Shown here: piece by piece, positions 51,006 to 61,182 of the stretch
How the letters are laid out: every line of letters starts with the position of its first letter
Position numbering within the stretch: the stretch's first letter is position 1
Assembly: GCA_003222035.1 (NCBI GenBank)
Contig: QHUS01000092.1
Span: forward strand, 8,202 to 72,201
Length of the DNA: 64,000 nucleotides
Origin: Gemmatimonadota bacterium
GTDB taxonomy: Bacteria > Gemmatimonadota > Gemmatimonadetes > Gemmatimonadales > GWC2-71-9
Direction of reading: 5' to 3'
Position numbers and translations under genes: made by a program
The notes under the pieces: generated by a model
What the model saw: the letters and a program-made list of their open reading frames with translations, nothing else
Databases searched by the model: none
What the model was told of the DNA's origin: nothing

Positions 51006-51040
51006 CAGACGACCCTCCTCTTAGTAAGGAACCCGTGAGA

Positions 51041-53302
51041 TCAGGGCCGGCGACTCCGCCGGAACTCCAACACGTAGGCCCCGCCGGCCGGCAGCTCCAG
51101 CGCGATCGGCACGACGGTACTCGAGAACTCGCCGAACGGACGGCGCCCGCCCTCATCGATCCGCTCGATTTGCCCGCCCTGCGCGAGGCCGTAGGCGGCC
51201 GGGTCGAAGGCGAAGGAGACCGACGTCGGCTCGTCCACGATGCTCGCCACGGCGATCGCGACGCTCCCCTCTGCGGCGCGCCACGCCCCCGCGATCGCTG
51301 CCGGGTACCGCGCCACCGACACGGTGGGACCCCCGCGCCGGGCTGCGTAGATCGAGACGCGCGAGAGGTCCACGTCGACCGACGGCACGCTCAGCTCCGG
51401 CGGGCGCAAGAATGTCCCGTACAGCAGGTATTCCAGCACGCGCGCGCGGATGCGGGCCAGGCGCATCATGTAGGCCGTCTCCTCCGGCCGGTCGGTCAAC
51501 TGCGAGGCGCGGAAGTTCGCGATCGTCGGCTGCAACCCCCACACGAAGGCCCGCGCCTGCTCCAGATAGAACTGCCGGCGGAAGCGCGTGTCCAAGAGCT
51601 CGAGCGGCCCGGGGGGGGGCGGCGCGAACTGCGCCGGCCACAGCTCGTCATAGGGCGGCATGACGAGCGACGAGTAGTTGCCGTAGGTCACGCCATAGGC
51701 GTGGTAGACCGCCTGGAAGAAGGGGATCGGCTCCCACCCGCTGCTTGGGTCGCTGTAGCGCTCCTGGCTGACCTGAAGGGTGAGCATGAGGTCCAGCTCC
51801 GGCAGCCACGGCTCGCCGGCGCCCTCACCCGCGAGCAGCACTTGCCGCCCCGGCGCGGCGGCCGCCCGGATCTGCGCCGCGAGGGCGCGGAATCCGCCCA
51901 TCCAGTAGTTCCCGCCGCCGACGGGATGTCCGTGCGTCGAGTCCCAACACACGAGCGACTGCACCGCCTGGTCCATGTAGATGCCATCGACGCCGTAACC
52001 GTCCAACACGGTGTCCGCGATACCAGCGTACTTGGCACGCCAGAAGGGCGTGGTCACGTCCATGGTGGCGCAGGGCTGCGGGTCGAAGACATTGTACGTC
52101 TCCTCGCGCACGCGGCCATCCTTTTCCTTCACCGCCCAGTGGGCGGCGTGCTCGCTTGCCCAGCTTGGCGTGCCGGTGCACCACAGCCGCTGGTTCATGT
52201 AGACCATGGCATGGCTGCCGGCGGCGTGCGCCGCCGCTACGCCCGCGCGAAACGAATCGACCCCCTCCCGCGGGGGGAGGTAGTCGGGGAAGCTCGTGTC
52301 GTACGGCCCGTGGTGCCACCAGTGCCAATAGATGTTGACGGGAAGGCCGAGGGCACGTTGCAGCGCGAGCGCCGGCGGCACCACGCCGGCCGAGCGGCCG
52401 CGGTTCCAGACCCACATGCCCGTTCGGAGCAGCCAGTCCGGAACGCGCCCCCGGACGAGCCGGCTCTCGCGCGCCCAGGGCTGGCGCGTGCCCCACGCGC
52501 GATAGCGCTCGGCCACGGTGATCCAGTCGCCGTGGAATGTCCCGAGCAGCGCGGCGTACGCCAGCGCCCACTGCCTCCTTGGGCTCGCCGGGTTCTCGAG
52601 CGGGTGGATCAACTCGTAGCCGCGTGACCCGTCCGAATCACCCCAGATGGCGAACGTCTTTCGGTAGGCCAGTGTGTCGTCGGCTGCGGCGTAAAGGCCG
52701 GCGCCGCCGCGCCGGTACAGCGCCATCACCTGGAGCGACAGCGTGCCGGGATACGCCCACTCGAGGCGGCGGCCCTTGCCATCCGGTCCCGCGAGCAGGG
52801 TGGCCGGGTCACGCGCCAGCGCGCCCATCCAGCGCGGCACCGCGAGCTCTTCGCCACTCCCGAGCTGCGGTATGCCGGTGAGCCGTGGAAAGCGCACCTG
52901 CTCGATCGCCATGGCGCCCGGGGAATCGACGGCGATACGCCACTCCGACAGGGCCGAGTCTCCCAGCAGCCGGACCGTGGCGGTGACACGCAGCCCAGGC
53001 GCCTCGTTCAGCCCGAAGTCACTCCAAACCAGGGCGAGCCCCGGACCCCCGCCCGCCACCTCGTGCCAAAAGAAGCGACGCGCGGCGCTCGGGACGACCC
53101 TCAAGGCTCCCGGGCCGAGCCCGTCGAGCCGCCAGATGGCGGTGGCGCGACGCCCGTCGACGAAGGACTGACCGCTCGCACGGTCGGCGAGCTCGAGCAA
53201 CGAGCCGTTGGTCGGGTCGAAGCCGAGCCGTAGGCGATCGTTTTGAAGCCAGAGCGTGTCCGCGGCGGCGACGGCGAGCAAGCCACCGAGCAGGATGTTC
53301 AC
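51041..53302 (-). CDS. Exported DUF6259-like putative glycoside hydrolase (TIM barrel)
   Basis: WHWWH..PYDTSFPDYLP, YMNQRLW, DGIYMDQ, HGHPVGGG, GEG; GTGA overlap with namZ. Confidence 0.65.
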   Translation of the reverse strand: MNILLGGLLAVAAADTLWLQNDRLRLGFDPTNGSLLELADRASGQSFVDGRRATAIWRLDGLGPGALRVVPSAARRFFWHEVAGGGPGLALVWSDFGLNEAPGLRVTATVRLLGDSALSEWRIAVDSPGAMAIEQVRFPRLTGIPQLGSGEELAVPRWMGALARDPATLLAGPDGKGRRLEWAYPGTLSLQVMALYRRGGAGLYAAADDTLAYRKTFAIWGDSDGSRGYELIHPLENPASPRRQWALAYAALLGTFHGDWITVAERYRAWGTRQPWARESRLVRGRVPDWLLRTGMWVWNRGRSAGVVPPALALQRALGLPVNIYWHWWHHGPYDTSFPDYLPPREGVDSFRAGVAAAHAAGSHAMVYMNQRLWCTGTPSWASEHAAHWAVKEKDGRVREETYNVFDPQPCATMDVTTPFWRAKYAGIADTVLDGYGVDGIYMDQAVQSLVCWDSTHGHPVGGGNYWMGGFRALAAQIRAAAAPGRQVLLAGEGAGEPWLPELDLMLTLQVSQERYSDPSSGWEPIPFFQAVYHAYGVTYGNYSSLVMPPYDELWPAQFAPPPPGPLELLDTRFRRQFYLEQARAFVWGLQPTIANFRASQLTDRPEETAYMMRLARIRARVLEYLLYGTFLRPPELSVPSVDVDLSRVSIYAARRGGPTVSVARYPAAIAGAWRAAEGSVAIAVASIVDEPTSVSFAFDPAAYGLAQGGQIERIDEGGRRPFGEFSSTVVPIALELPAGGAYVLEFRRSRRP

Positions 53303-54492
53303 CGGTAGATCAGGTACGCAGCGCGCTTGTTCCGGAACGTCGCCTGGTCGCGCTCCCACTCGCGCAGGAGCTCGGGCAGCGTCCCTGCCTCGATCGCCTG
53401 GCGCAGCCGCGCGCTGCCGCCGTGGCGCTCGACGGTCGCGCCCGCCCACTGGAATTGATCCGGGTGGAGCCGGCGGATGAGGTCGATCATCAAGAGCGAC
53501 GTCGCCAGCGGCCGGTAGGAGGCGCGGTCCGTCACGGTGAAGCGCACACCCTTGAGCACCTGGCCGGGATACTTGCGCGTGGTCTCCGTCGTCGGGAACT
53601 CGACCGCTTCGAAGCGGATGCCCGGCAGGTTCATCGCATTCATGGCCGCGACGACCTCGCTGTTCCTGAGCCAGGGCGCGCCGATCTGCTCGAACGGCAG
53701 GTCCGTGCCACGCCCCTCCGAGACGTTGGTCGCCTCGAAGAACACCGTGCCGGGGTAGTCGATGGCAGCTTCGAGCCGCCGGATATTCGGCGACGGGTTC
53801 ACCCAGGGCAGTCCCGTCTCGTCCCACCACATGTCGCGCCGCCAGCCATCGACCGGCACGACGGTCAGGTCGGCGCCGATCCGCTGCTCCGCGTTGTACA
53901 TCTTCGCCAGCTCGCCCAGCGTCATGCCGTGGCGCGAGAGGACCGGATAGATACCGACGAACGACTGGTAGGCGGGCTCGAGGATGTTCCCCTCGAGAAT
54001 GGTTCCGGTGACCGGGTTGGGCCGATCGAGCACCACGATGGGAATTCCCTTCTCGGCCGCGGCCTGCATCGCGAGCGCGAGCGTGGACTCGAACGTGTAC
54101 TGCCGCACGCCCAGGTCCTGGATGTCGTAGACCAGTACGTCGATTCCCTCGAGCATCTGCGGCGTGGGTTTGTCGGTGTCGCCGTAGAGCGAATGAATGG
54201 GCAGCCCGGTCTTCTCGTCCACCGTCGAGGCGACGCGCGTCTCGGCGACGCCGCGGATGCCGTGCTCAGGCGAGTACAGCGCGACCAAGGTCAATTCGCG
54301 CATGCCGCGGAGCAGGTCGATCGTGCTGCGGCGTTGCCGATCGATGCCGGACTGGTTCGTAATGAGGCCCACGCGTTTGCCGAGCACGCGCGCCGGCGGG
54401 TGCTCGGCGAAGACCTCGACGCCGGGACGAACGGCGGGCGCAGATGCGCACGCCAAGGTGGCTGCGACGAGCAAGGCGGCGGTGCGTGTCAT
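53299..54492 (-). CDS. namZ: Exo-beta-N-acetylmuramidase (DUF1343/YbbC)
   Basis: GLITNQSG, SPEHGIRG, YDIQDLGVR, VLDRPNP, RHGMTLGELA, SPN, SEGRGT; lipobox LACA. Confidence 0.9.
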   Translation of the reverse strand: MTRTAALLVAATLACASAPAVRPGVEVFAEHPPARVLGKRVGLITNQSGIDRQRRSTIDLLRGMRELTLVALYSPEHGIRGVAETRVASTVDEKTGLPIHSLYGDTDKPTPQMLEGIDVLVYDIQDLGVRQYTFESTLALAMQAAAEKGIPIVVLDRPNPVTGTILEGNILEPAYQSFVGIYPVLSRHGMTLGELAKMYNAEQRIGADLTVVPVDGWRRDMWWDETGLPWVNPSPNIRRLEAAIDYPGTVFFEATNVSEGRGTDLPFEQIGAPWLRNSEVVAAMNAMNLPGIRFEAVEFPTTETTRKYPGQVLKGVRFTVTDRASYRPLATSLLMIDLIRRLHPDQFQWAGATVERHGGSARLRQAIEAGTLPELLREWERDQATFRNKRAAYLIYR

Positions 54493-54536
54493 GAATTCCG
54501 TGACATGCTACGCGCTGCGGCCTAGATTGCAACCTC

Positions 54537-56472
54537 ATGCCGGCAGCCGTTTGGGCTCTCCTTCTCATCCCGAGCGTGCAGGCTCCGCTCGCGCGTTGGA
54601 CGCCGGAACTGGCATTCTCGGCCAAGCGCGTCGGGGGCGTGGCGATCTCTCCGGACGGGCGCTGGGCAGCGGTGGAGATGTCCGAGCCGGTGATGGAGCC
54701 AGAGGTAAGTGAATGGCGCTCGTCCATCCGCGTCTATCCCGTCGCCCGGATGGGTCTGGGCACCGCGCGGGTCGAGCCAGCGGCGAGCGCTCCCGCCTGG
54801 TCGCCGAACGGGCACTGGCTGGCGTTCGTCTCGACCCGGTCGGGGACGCGGAGCCTGTGGCGTGCGGCGTCAGGCGGTGGACCAGCCGAGCAGCTCACGC
54901 GTGTGACCGGCGAGCTGGGCGAGTTCCGCTGGTCGCCGGACGGCCGGCGCATAGCCTACGTCCTCAAGGACGCACCCGACGAGAGGGAGCTTCGCCCCGT
55001 CCGCGAGAAACGCGACGCGCGTGTCGTCGGCGAGGCGCACAGGTTCGCGCGGCTCTACGTCCTCGACGTGGAAGGTGGGCACGACAGGGCCGCACAGGTG
55101 ATCACAGCGCCCGACATGCACGTGGGTGGGCACGTGGGCGCGGGGCTGAGCGGCCCCGCGTTCGCCTGGTCGCCGGACGGCTCCGCCATCGCTTTTTCCC
55201 ACTCGCCGTCCCCGCTGGCGGACGACTGGGTGCGGGCCGACGTGTCCGTGGTGGATGTGGCAACGCGGAGCGTTCGTCCGCTGGCCGCCACCCCGGCAGC
55301 TGAAGGAGGGGTCGCGTGGTCCCCCGACGGCCGCTGGGTCGCGGTGACGGTCTCGGATGTCCCCGCCACGTACGCGCTGACCTTTCGCGTCGTGCTCGTT
55401 TCGCCTGCCGATGGGGCGACGCGTTCCCTGGCGGACAGCTTCGACCAGCGGCCGACGATCGTCGGGTGGACCGGGGATTCCCGTGGCGTGGTCGTAAGCG
55501 AAGCCCGTGGGACGGTGTCGCGGCTCAGCGTACTTCCGGCCGATGGTGGTGCACCCGTGGACCTCTCGCCGGACACCCTGATGGTGTCCGCGCCCGCGCT
55601 GAATAGCACCGGCACGTACGTGGGCTTCGTCTCCGAGGCACCCGACCGCGCGCCGGAGCCGTACTTCAGTGGCCTGACGCCGTTCGCGCCATCGCGCGTC
55701 GCAGAGGTACAATCGCTTCCGCTCATCCCGTTTGGACCGACGGAGGTGATCCGGTGGAGGTCCTTCGACGGCCACGAGGTCGAGGGCCTCCTGACCTACC
55801 CCGTGGGCTACCGGTCCGGAGCGCGAGTGCCCCTGCTGACGATCCTGCATGGCGGTCCGCCCTCGAGCTTCACGCGAACATTCACCGGGGGCGTGACCTC
55901 GTACCCGATCGCCTGTTTCGCTGCCGACGGCTACGCCGTGCTCCGCCCGAACGTCCGCGGGAGCAGCGGCTACGGCCGCGAGTTCCGTTACGCGAACCTG
56001 CGTGACTGGGGTGGCGGCGACTTCCGGGACGCGATGGCCGGGATCGACGATCTGGTACAGCGGGGGGTCGCGGACCCGGCGCGGCTCGGCGTGATGGGCT
56101 GGAGCTACGGCGGGTACCTGACGGCATTCACCATCACCCAGACCACCCGGTTTCGGGCGGCGTCCGTGGGTGCCGGCATCACGGACCTGGTCTCCTATGT
56201 GGGCGTGGCCGACATCCCCGGGTTCATTGCGTCCTACTTCGGTGGCGAGTTTTGGGACGCGCCGGATCTGTGGCGCACTCGCTCCCCCGTGCTCAACGTC
56301 AACGCTGTGACCAGCCCGACGCTCATCCAGCATGGTGAGAACGACGTCCGCGTCCCCGATGGTCGTGTACCCTCGCCAAGGACACAGCGTCGAGGAGCCG
56401 AAGCTTCAACTCGACGTGATGCGTCGGAACCTGGAGTGGTTCCGGCGCTGGGTGCGCGACGCGCGCGACTGA
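54537..56472 (+). pseudogene. S9 family serine peptidase (beta-propeller plus hydrolase), frameshift/deletion near 56357
   Basis: WSPDG repeats, HGGP, GWSYGG, HGENDVRVP; catalytic-His segment MVVYPRQGH...WF lies in another frame (56359-56472). Confidence 0.82.
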
Positions 56473-56481
56473 CGGCCCGTC

Positions 56482-57423
56482 CTACACGAGTTCCGCCGCC
56501 AGCTTCAGCGCGCCGAGCGCCGGATCGACGCGATCGGGCACCAGGCGCGCTCGTTTGAAGGCGACGGCCAGCCGATCGCGGAACGCGGCGGTGAGCGGCG
56601 ACTGCGGCAAGAGCAGGCCGCCCGTGATCGCGACCGGGACAGGGCCTGTGTCGGGAAAATGGCGCCCCAGCATCATGACCAGCTCGACCAACTCGCGCGC
56701 CGCGTCGTCGACCGCCCGCTGCGCCACCACCTCGCCCTCCCGCGCCGCGTTGAGCACGTGCGGCGCGAGCGCCGCCACCTGCGCCGGTGTGGCCGTCGCC
56801 GTCCAGCGCACCAGATCGTCGAACTGCTGCAGGCCGAGGGCACCGAGCAGCCGGGCCAGTAGGGTCGAGCCCTCGGCCCGGCCATCCTGCGCGCGCCCCG
56901 CCAGATCGAGCGCGCGGCGACCGAGCCAGTAGCCCCCGCCTTCATCCCCCAGCTGCCACCCGTATCCGCCCGCGCGGTGGATCTCGCCTCCCGGCCCCCG
57001 CGCGTACGCGATCGAGCCGGTGCCGGCGTTCACCAGTACGCCCGCCCCGCGCTCGAAGGCCGTGCTCAATGCGACCTCACCGTCCGCGAGCACCCGCGCG
57101 CGGCGCGTGACGCCGGCCTCGACCAGCGCAGCTTCGAGCTCGGCTTGCTCCTGCCGCCGCCCGGCGCCCGCCGCCCCCACGACCGCAGCCGCCACGGGCA
57201 GCTCGATGCCGGCTTGGGTCGCCGCACGCCGCGCGGTCTCAGCCAGCACGGCGGCCGCCCGGGCCGCTCCAGCCGGCCGCATGGCCGCGCCGGGTCCGTC
57301 AGCGCGGCCGAGGACGGCGAGATCCGGCCCGCCGATCACGACGGTGGAATGGGAGCCACCGGCGTCGGCGCCGAGGTACACGGCGGTCGGGCGGGCGGAC
57401 GGCCGGGCAGACGGTGAAGTCAT
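56482..57423 (-). CDS. N-acetylglucosamine/N-acetylmuramic acid kinase (BadF/BadG/BcrA/BcrD, MurK-like)
   Basis: GADAGGS, GAAG, NAGTGSIA, RAGGYGWQLGDEGGGY. Confidence 0.85.
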   Translation of the reverse strand: MTSPSARPSARPTAVYLGADAGGSHSTVVIGGPDLAVLGRADGPGAAMRPAGAARAAAVLAETARRAATQAGIELPVAAAVVGAAGAGRRQEQAELEAALVEAGVTRRARVLADGEVALSTAFERGAGVLVNAGTGSIAYARGPGGEIHRAGGYGWQLGDEGGGYWLGRRALDLAGRAQDGRAEGSTLLARLLGALGLQQFDDLVRWTATATPAQVAALAPHVLNAAREGEVVAQRAVDDAARELVELVMMLGRHFPDTGPVPVAITGGLLLPQSPLTAAFRDRLAVAFKRARLVPDRVDPALGALKLAAELV

Positions 57424-57465
57424 GTTACCTGGGCGTTCTGTCCGGCCGTCCGGCTGTCCGGCCGT
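57383..57465. repeat. Two inverted arrays of octamer CCG(A/G)C(C/T)GT-like units flanking a gene junction
   Basis: GCGGTCGG-GCGGGCGG-ACGGCCGG-GCAGACGG (57383-57414) and CCGGCCGT-CCGGCTGT-CCGGCCGT (57442-57465). Confidence 0.7.
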
Positions 57466-58916
57466 CCAACCAGGGACGACAGCATCCCCGCCGCCACGGT
57501 CACCGCCGTCCCCAGCGGCACGTACCACGGCCAGGCGAGACCCGGGAGCCAGTGCCAGCGCTCGGGGAATCTCGGAATGACCGCCGGGAGCACGATCGGC
57601 GTCATGATCGCCACTCCTGCCACCATGGCGATGATCACGTCGCGCTGACGAGCGCGCCGCCACAGGCCGCCCAACACGTAAGTCCCGAGGAGACTCCCCC
57701 AGGTCACCGACGTGATGCTGAGCGCGAGTTGAACAACGGGCGTGTTCTGGTCCCGGAAAGCCATCGCTCCCGCGACCAAGACCGCGGTCCAGAGCAAGGT
57801 GAGCCAGCGCCCTACCCACAAGAGGTGCGTCGGGTCGTGACGCCCGGTGAGCGGCGCGTAGAAATCATGGGTCGATGCCGAGGCGAGCGAATTGACCGCG
57901 GACGCGTGACTACTCATGGCGGCTGCGAGAATCCCAGCGACCACGAGGCCCGCGAGCCCCGAAGGGAGTTGGGTGATCACGAACGTGGGATAGATCGCGT
58001 CGCCGCGCATCTTGAGATCGTCCGCCCCTGCAAGCCACAGGCTCGTGCCCACCAGCAGGAACAGCCCGATTTGGAAGATGATGAATATTCCAGACCCAAT
58101 GAGCGCGCGCTGCGCGTCCCTCAGGCCGCGGGCGGCGAGCAACCGTTGAACGATCAGGTGATCCGTGCCATGTGATGCCCCCGCGATCAGCGCGCCGCCT
58201 ACGAGGCCTCCCCAGAACGTGTAGAGGACGGTGAACGAGGGGCGGAAGTCGAGCACCACGAGCTTCCCCTGCTCCCAGGCGCGTGCGAAGGCGCCCACGC
58301 CCCCCGCGAGGTGCGTTGCGACCACGAGGGTCGCGATCCCGCCCAGGAGATAGACCCCGAGCTGGATAACGTCCACCCACACGACCGCACGCAACCCGCC
58401 TACCCACGTGTAGATCACGGTGACGATCCCGATCGCGAGGATGCCAACGGCGAGGCTCCCGGGATTGGGGGTGCCATAGAGAATGATGGCGAGCGGTATC
58501 GCGGTCGCGAAGATGCGCACGCAGTCGGCGAGGGCGCGGGTGAGGAGGAACAGCCCGGAGGCCGCGCGCCGCGCTTGAGGGCCGAAGCGGCGCTCGAGCC
58601 GCTGGTAGGCAGTGTCCTGGGTGCCTTCGAAATAGCCCGGCAGCAAGTACGCGGCGACCCCGATCCGCCCGACCAGATAGCCAAACGTGACCTGTAGCCA
58701 CACCAGGTTCGTGCGGGCCGCGATGCCGGGAAAGGAGATCACCGTCAGGGCGGACGTTTCGGTCGCGACGATGGACAACATGATCGCCCACCACGGCAGC
58801 CCGCGGTGGCCCAGGAAATAATCTCTGGCGTCGCGCTGGCGTCCCGACCGCACGAGCCCGAACACGATCACGGCGACGCAGTACGCCACGATGACGGCAA
58901 CGTCGAGTGGGCGCAC
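57420..58916 (-). CDS. Sodium:solute symporter (SiaT/NanT-like, probable amino-sugar uptake)
   Basis: YFLG.R.LPWWAI.LSIVATETS, GGLRAVVWVD, GTD...VQR, AAAMSS. Confidence 0.88.
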   Translation of the reverse strand: MRPLDVAVIVAYCVAVIVFGLVRSGRQRDARDYFLGHRGLPWWAIMLSIVATETSALTVISFPGIAARTNLVWLQVTFGYLVGRIGVAAYLLPGYFEGTQDTAYQRLERRFGPQARRAASGLFLLTRALADCVRIFATAIPLAIILYGTPNPGSLAVGILAIGIVTVIYTWVGGLRAVVWVDVIQLGVYLLGGIATLVVATHLAGGVGAFARAWEQGKLVVLDFRPSFTVLYTFWGGLVGGALIAGASHGTDHLIVQRLLAARGLRDAQRALIGSGIFIIFQIGLFLLVGTSLWLAGADDLKMRGDAIYPTFVITQLPSGLAGLVVAGILAAAMSSHASAVNSLASASTHDFYAPLTGRHDPTHLLWVGRWLTLLWTAVLVAGAMAFRDQNTPVVQLALSITSVTWGSLLGTYVLGGLWRRARQRDVIIAMVAGVAIMTPIVLPAVIPRFPERWHWLPGLAWPWYVPLGTAVTVAAGMLSSLVGRPDSRTAGQNAQVT

Positions 58917-58921
58917 CTAGC

Positions 58922-58948
58922 AAAAGAGCCCGCGACGGGCGCGGGCTC
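58922..58948 (-). terminator. Rho-independent terminator after iscA/erpA-like gene
   Basis: Minus strand GAGCCCGCG-cccgt-CGCGGGCTC-TTTT. Confidence 0.7.
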
Positions 58949-58978
58949 GACTTGCCGAAAGCGGGAAGGCCAACGGCC

Positions 58979-59338
58979 TCACACCGTGAACGATGATCCG
59001 CAGCCGCAGCCGCCGGTGGCGTTCGGGTTTTCGAAGGCGAACCCCGACTCCTGGAAGTTGCTCCTGTAGTCCAGGGTGACGCCGTTCAGGTGCTGGGCGC
59101 TGAATCCGTCCACGAAGCAGCGCACGCCGGCGCTCTCGATCACGATGTCGTCGTCGGCGGGCTTGTCTTCGATGCTGAGGCTGTATTTGAAGCCCGAACA
59201 CCCGCCCGGCAGCACGCCGATGCGCAGGCCGGCGGTCTCGGGGGACACCTTCTCCTCCGCCATGAATTTCCGCACCTCGACCGCCGCCTTCTCGGTCAGG
59301 GTGAGGGTCATGGGGGTGGTGTTCTGCGTCGTGGCCAT
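58979..59338 (-). CDS. A-type Fe-S cluster carrier (IscA/ErpA/HesB)
   Basis: GGCSGFKY, F.FENPNATGGCGCGSSF; GGAGG RBS. Confidence 0.93.
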   Translation of the reverse strand: MATTQNTTPMTLTLTEKAAVEVRKFMAEEKVSPETAGLRIGVLPGGCSGFKYSLSIEDKPADDDIVIESAGVRCFVDGFSAQHLNGVTLDYRSNFQESGFAFENPNATGGCGCGSSFTV

Positions 59339-59391
59339 TGCGATCCTCCAGTCAAATGCCAACTTAGACGGTCCCTTCGAGCAAGTCAACT

Positions 59392-61173
59392 ATGCGCCTC
59401 ACACTCGCCGATTGGTTGGTCGTTGCCCTGTACTTCCTGTTCAACGTCGGCGTCGGCTTCTACTACAAGCGCCGCGCCGGCCGCGACACGGCCGAGTACT
59501 TCCTCTCGGGACGAAACGTCCCCTGGTGGCTCGCGGGGACCTCCATGGTGGCGACCACGTTCGCCGCGGACACGCCGCTGGTGGTCACCGGGCTCGTGGC
59601 ACGCAACGGCGTGGCCGGAAACTGGCTGTGGTGGAACCTGCTCGCGAGCGGCATGCTCACCGTGTTCTTCTATGCCCGGCTGTGGCGGCGCTCGGGGGTC
59701 ATGACCGACATCGAGTTCACGGAGATCCGCTATTCGGGTCCCCCCGCTGCCTTCCTGCGCGGCTTTCGCGCGCTCTACCTGGGCCTCCTCATCAACTGCA
59801 TCATCCTCGGGTGGGTGAACCTCGCCATGGCGAAGATCCTGCAGCTGGTGTTCACGATCTCGAAGGGCGAGGCCTTGTGGATCGTCGTCGGGCTCATCGT
59901 TCTGACGTCCGCAATCTCGACGCTCTCCGGGCTGTGGGGCGTGCTGGTGACCGATCTGTTTCAGTTCGTGATCAAGATGGGCATGGTGATCGTGCTCGCC
60001 GTGGTCGCCGTGCAGGCCGTGGGCGGGATCGAGGCCATGAAGGTCAAGCTCGCGGCGATCGACCAGTTGCGCGGGGCCACGACCGGCGGTCAGGGATCCG
60101 TCCTCAGCTTCGTGCCCGACATCGGCTCGCCGTGGATGCCGATGATCACCTTCTTCGTGTACATCGCCGTGAACTGGTGGGCCACCTGGTACCCGGGGGC
60201 GGAGCCCGGCGGGGGCGGGTACGTGGCGCAGCGCATGCTGAGCGCGAAGGACGAGAAGCACTCGCTCTTGGCCACGTTGTGGTTCAACATCGCCCATTAT
60301 GCTCTGCGACCGTGGCCCTGGATCCTGGTCGCGCTCACCTCGTTGATCCTGTTTCCCAACCTCCAGGACCCGGAGACCGGATATATCCGGGTCATGATCG
60401 ACTATCTCCCCTCGTCGCTCCGCGGGCTGATGGTGGCGGCGTTCGCCGCGGCGTTCATGTCGACGATCGCGACGCAGCTCAACTGGGGCGCCAGCTACCT
60501 CGTCAACGACTTCTATCGGCGCTTCGTGCGCCGGCAGGGCAGCGAGTCGCACTACGTCCTGATCTCGCGCGTCGCCACGGGCCTCTTGACCGTGCTCTCG
60601 GCCGCGGTTGCCTTCCAGATCGAGTCGATCGGCGGCGCCTGGAAGCTGCTGATCATCACCGGCGCCGGCACCGGCGCCGTCCTGCTGCTGCGCTGGTACT
60701 GGTGGCGCATCAATGCCTGGAGCGAAGTGTCCGCGATGATCACGGCATTCGTCGTGTCGGTGTTGTTACAGACGGTCTGGGGGCTCGACAGCGACCGACC
60801 GGTGGACTTCGCCAAGATCGTGCTGATCACCGTTGCCATCACGACCGTCGTGTGGCTCGCCGTCACGTACCTGACGCGCCCCGAGGCGGAGTCGACGTTG
60901 GACGCGTTCTACCGCCGGACCCGCCCCTCCCGGACGGGCTGGGGTCCCGTGGCGGCCCGCGCCCCGGACATCCGCCCGTCGGCCGACGGCCTCGCGAACC
61001 TGCTCGACTGGGTCGCCGGGTGCGTCCTGGTGTACGGCGCGCTCTTCGGCATCGGGAAGCTGCTGCTGCACGAGGTGCCCAGCGGTCTCGCGCTGCTGGC
61101 GCTGGGCGCGATCGCCGGGTGGGTCATTTATCGCGACCTGTCCCGGCGCGGCTGGCACACCGTCGTCGAGTGA
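59392..61173 (+). CDS. Sodium:solute symporter family protein
   Basis: YFLSGRNVPWWLAGTSMVATTFAADTP, GGYVAQRM, AAFMST. Confidence 0.9.
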   Translation: MRLTLADWLVVALYFLFNVGVGFYYKRRAGRDTAEYFLSGRNVPWWLAGTSMVATTFAADTPLVVTGLVARNGVAGNWLWWNLLASGMLTVFFYARLWRRSGVMTDIEFTEIRYSGPPAAFLRGFRALYLGLLINCIILGWVNLAMAKILQLVFTISKGEALWIVVGLIVLTSAISTLSGLWGVLVTDLFQFVIKMGMVIVLAVVAVQAVGGIEAMKVKLAAIDQLRGATTGGQGSVLSFVPDIGSPWMPMITFFVYIAVNWWATWYPGAEPGGGGYVAQRMLSAKDEKHSLLATLWFNIAHYALRPWPWILVALTSLILFPNLQDPETGYIRVMIDYLPSSLRGLMVAAFAAAFMSTIATQLNWGASYLVNDFYRRFVRRQGSESHYVLISRVATGLLTVLSAAVAFQIESIGGAWKLLIITGAGTGAVLLLRWYWWRINAWSEVSAMITAFVVSVLLQTVWGLDSDRPVDFAKIVLITVAITTVVWLAVTYLTRPEAESTLDAFYRRTRPSRTGWGPVAARAPDIRPSADGLANLLDWVAGCVLVYGALFGIGKLLLHEVPSGLALLALGAIAGWVIYRDLSRRGWHTVVE

Positions 61174-61182
61174 GGGCGACCG

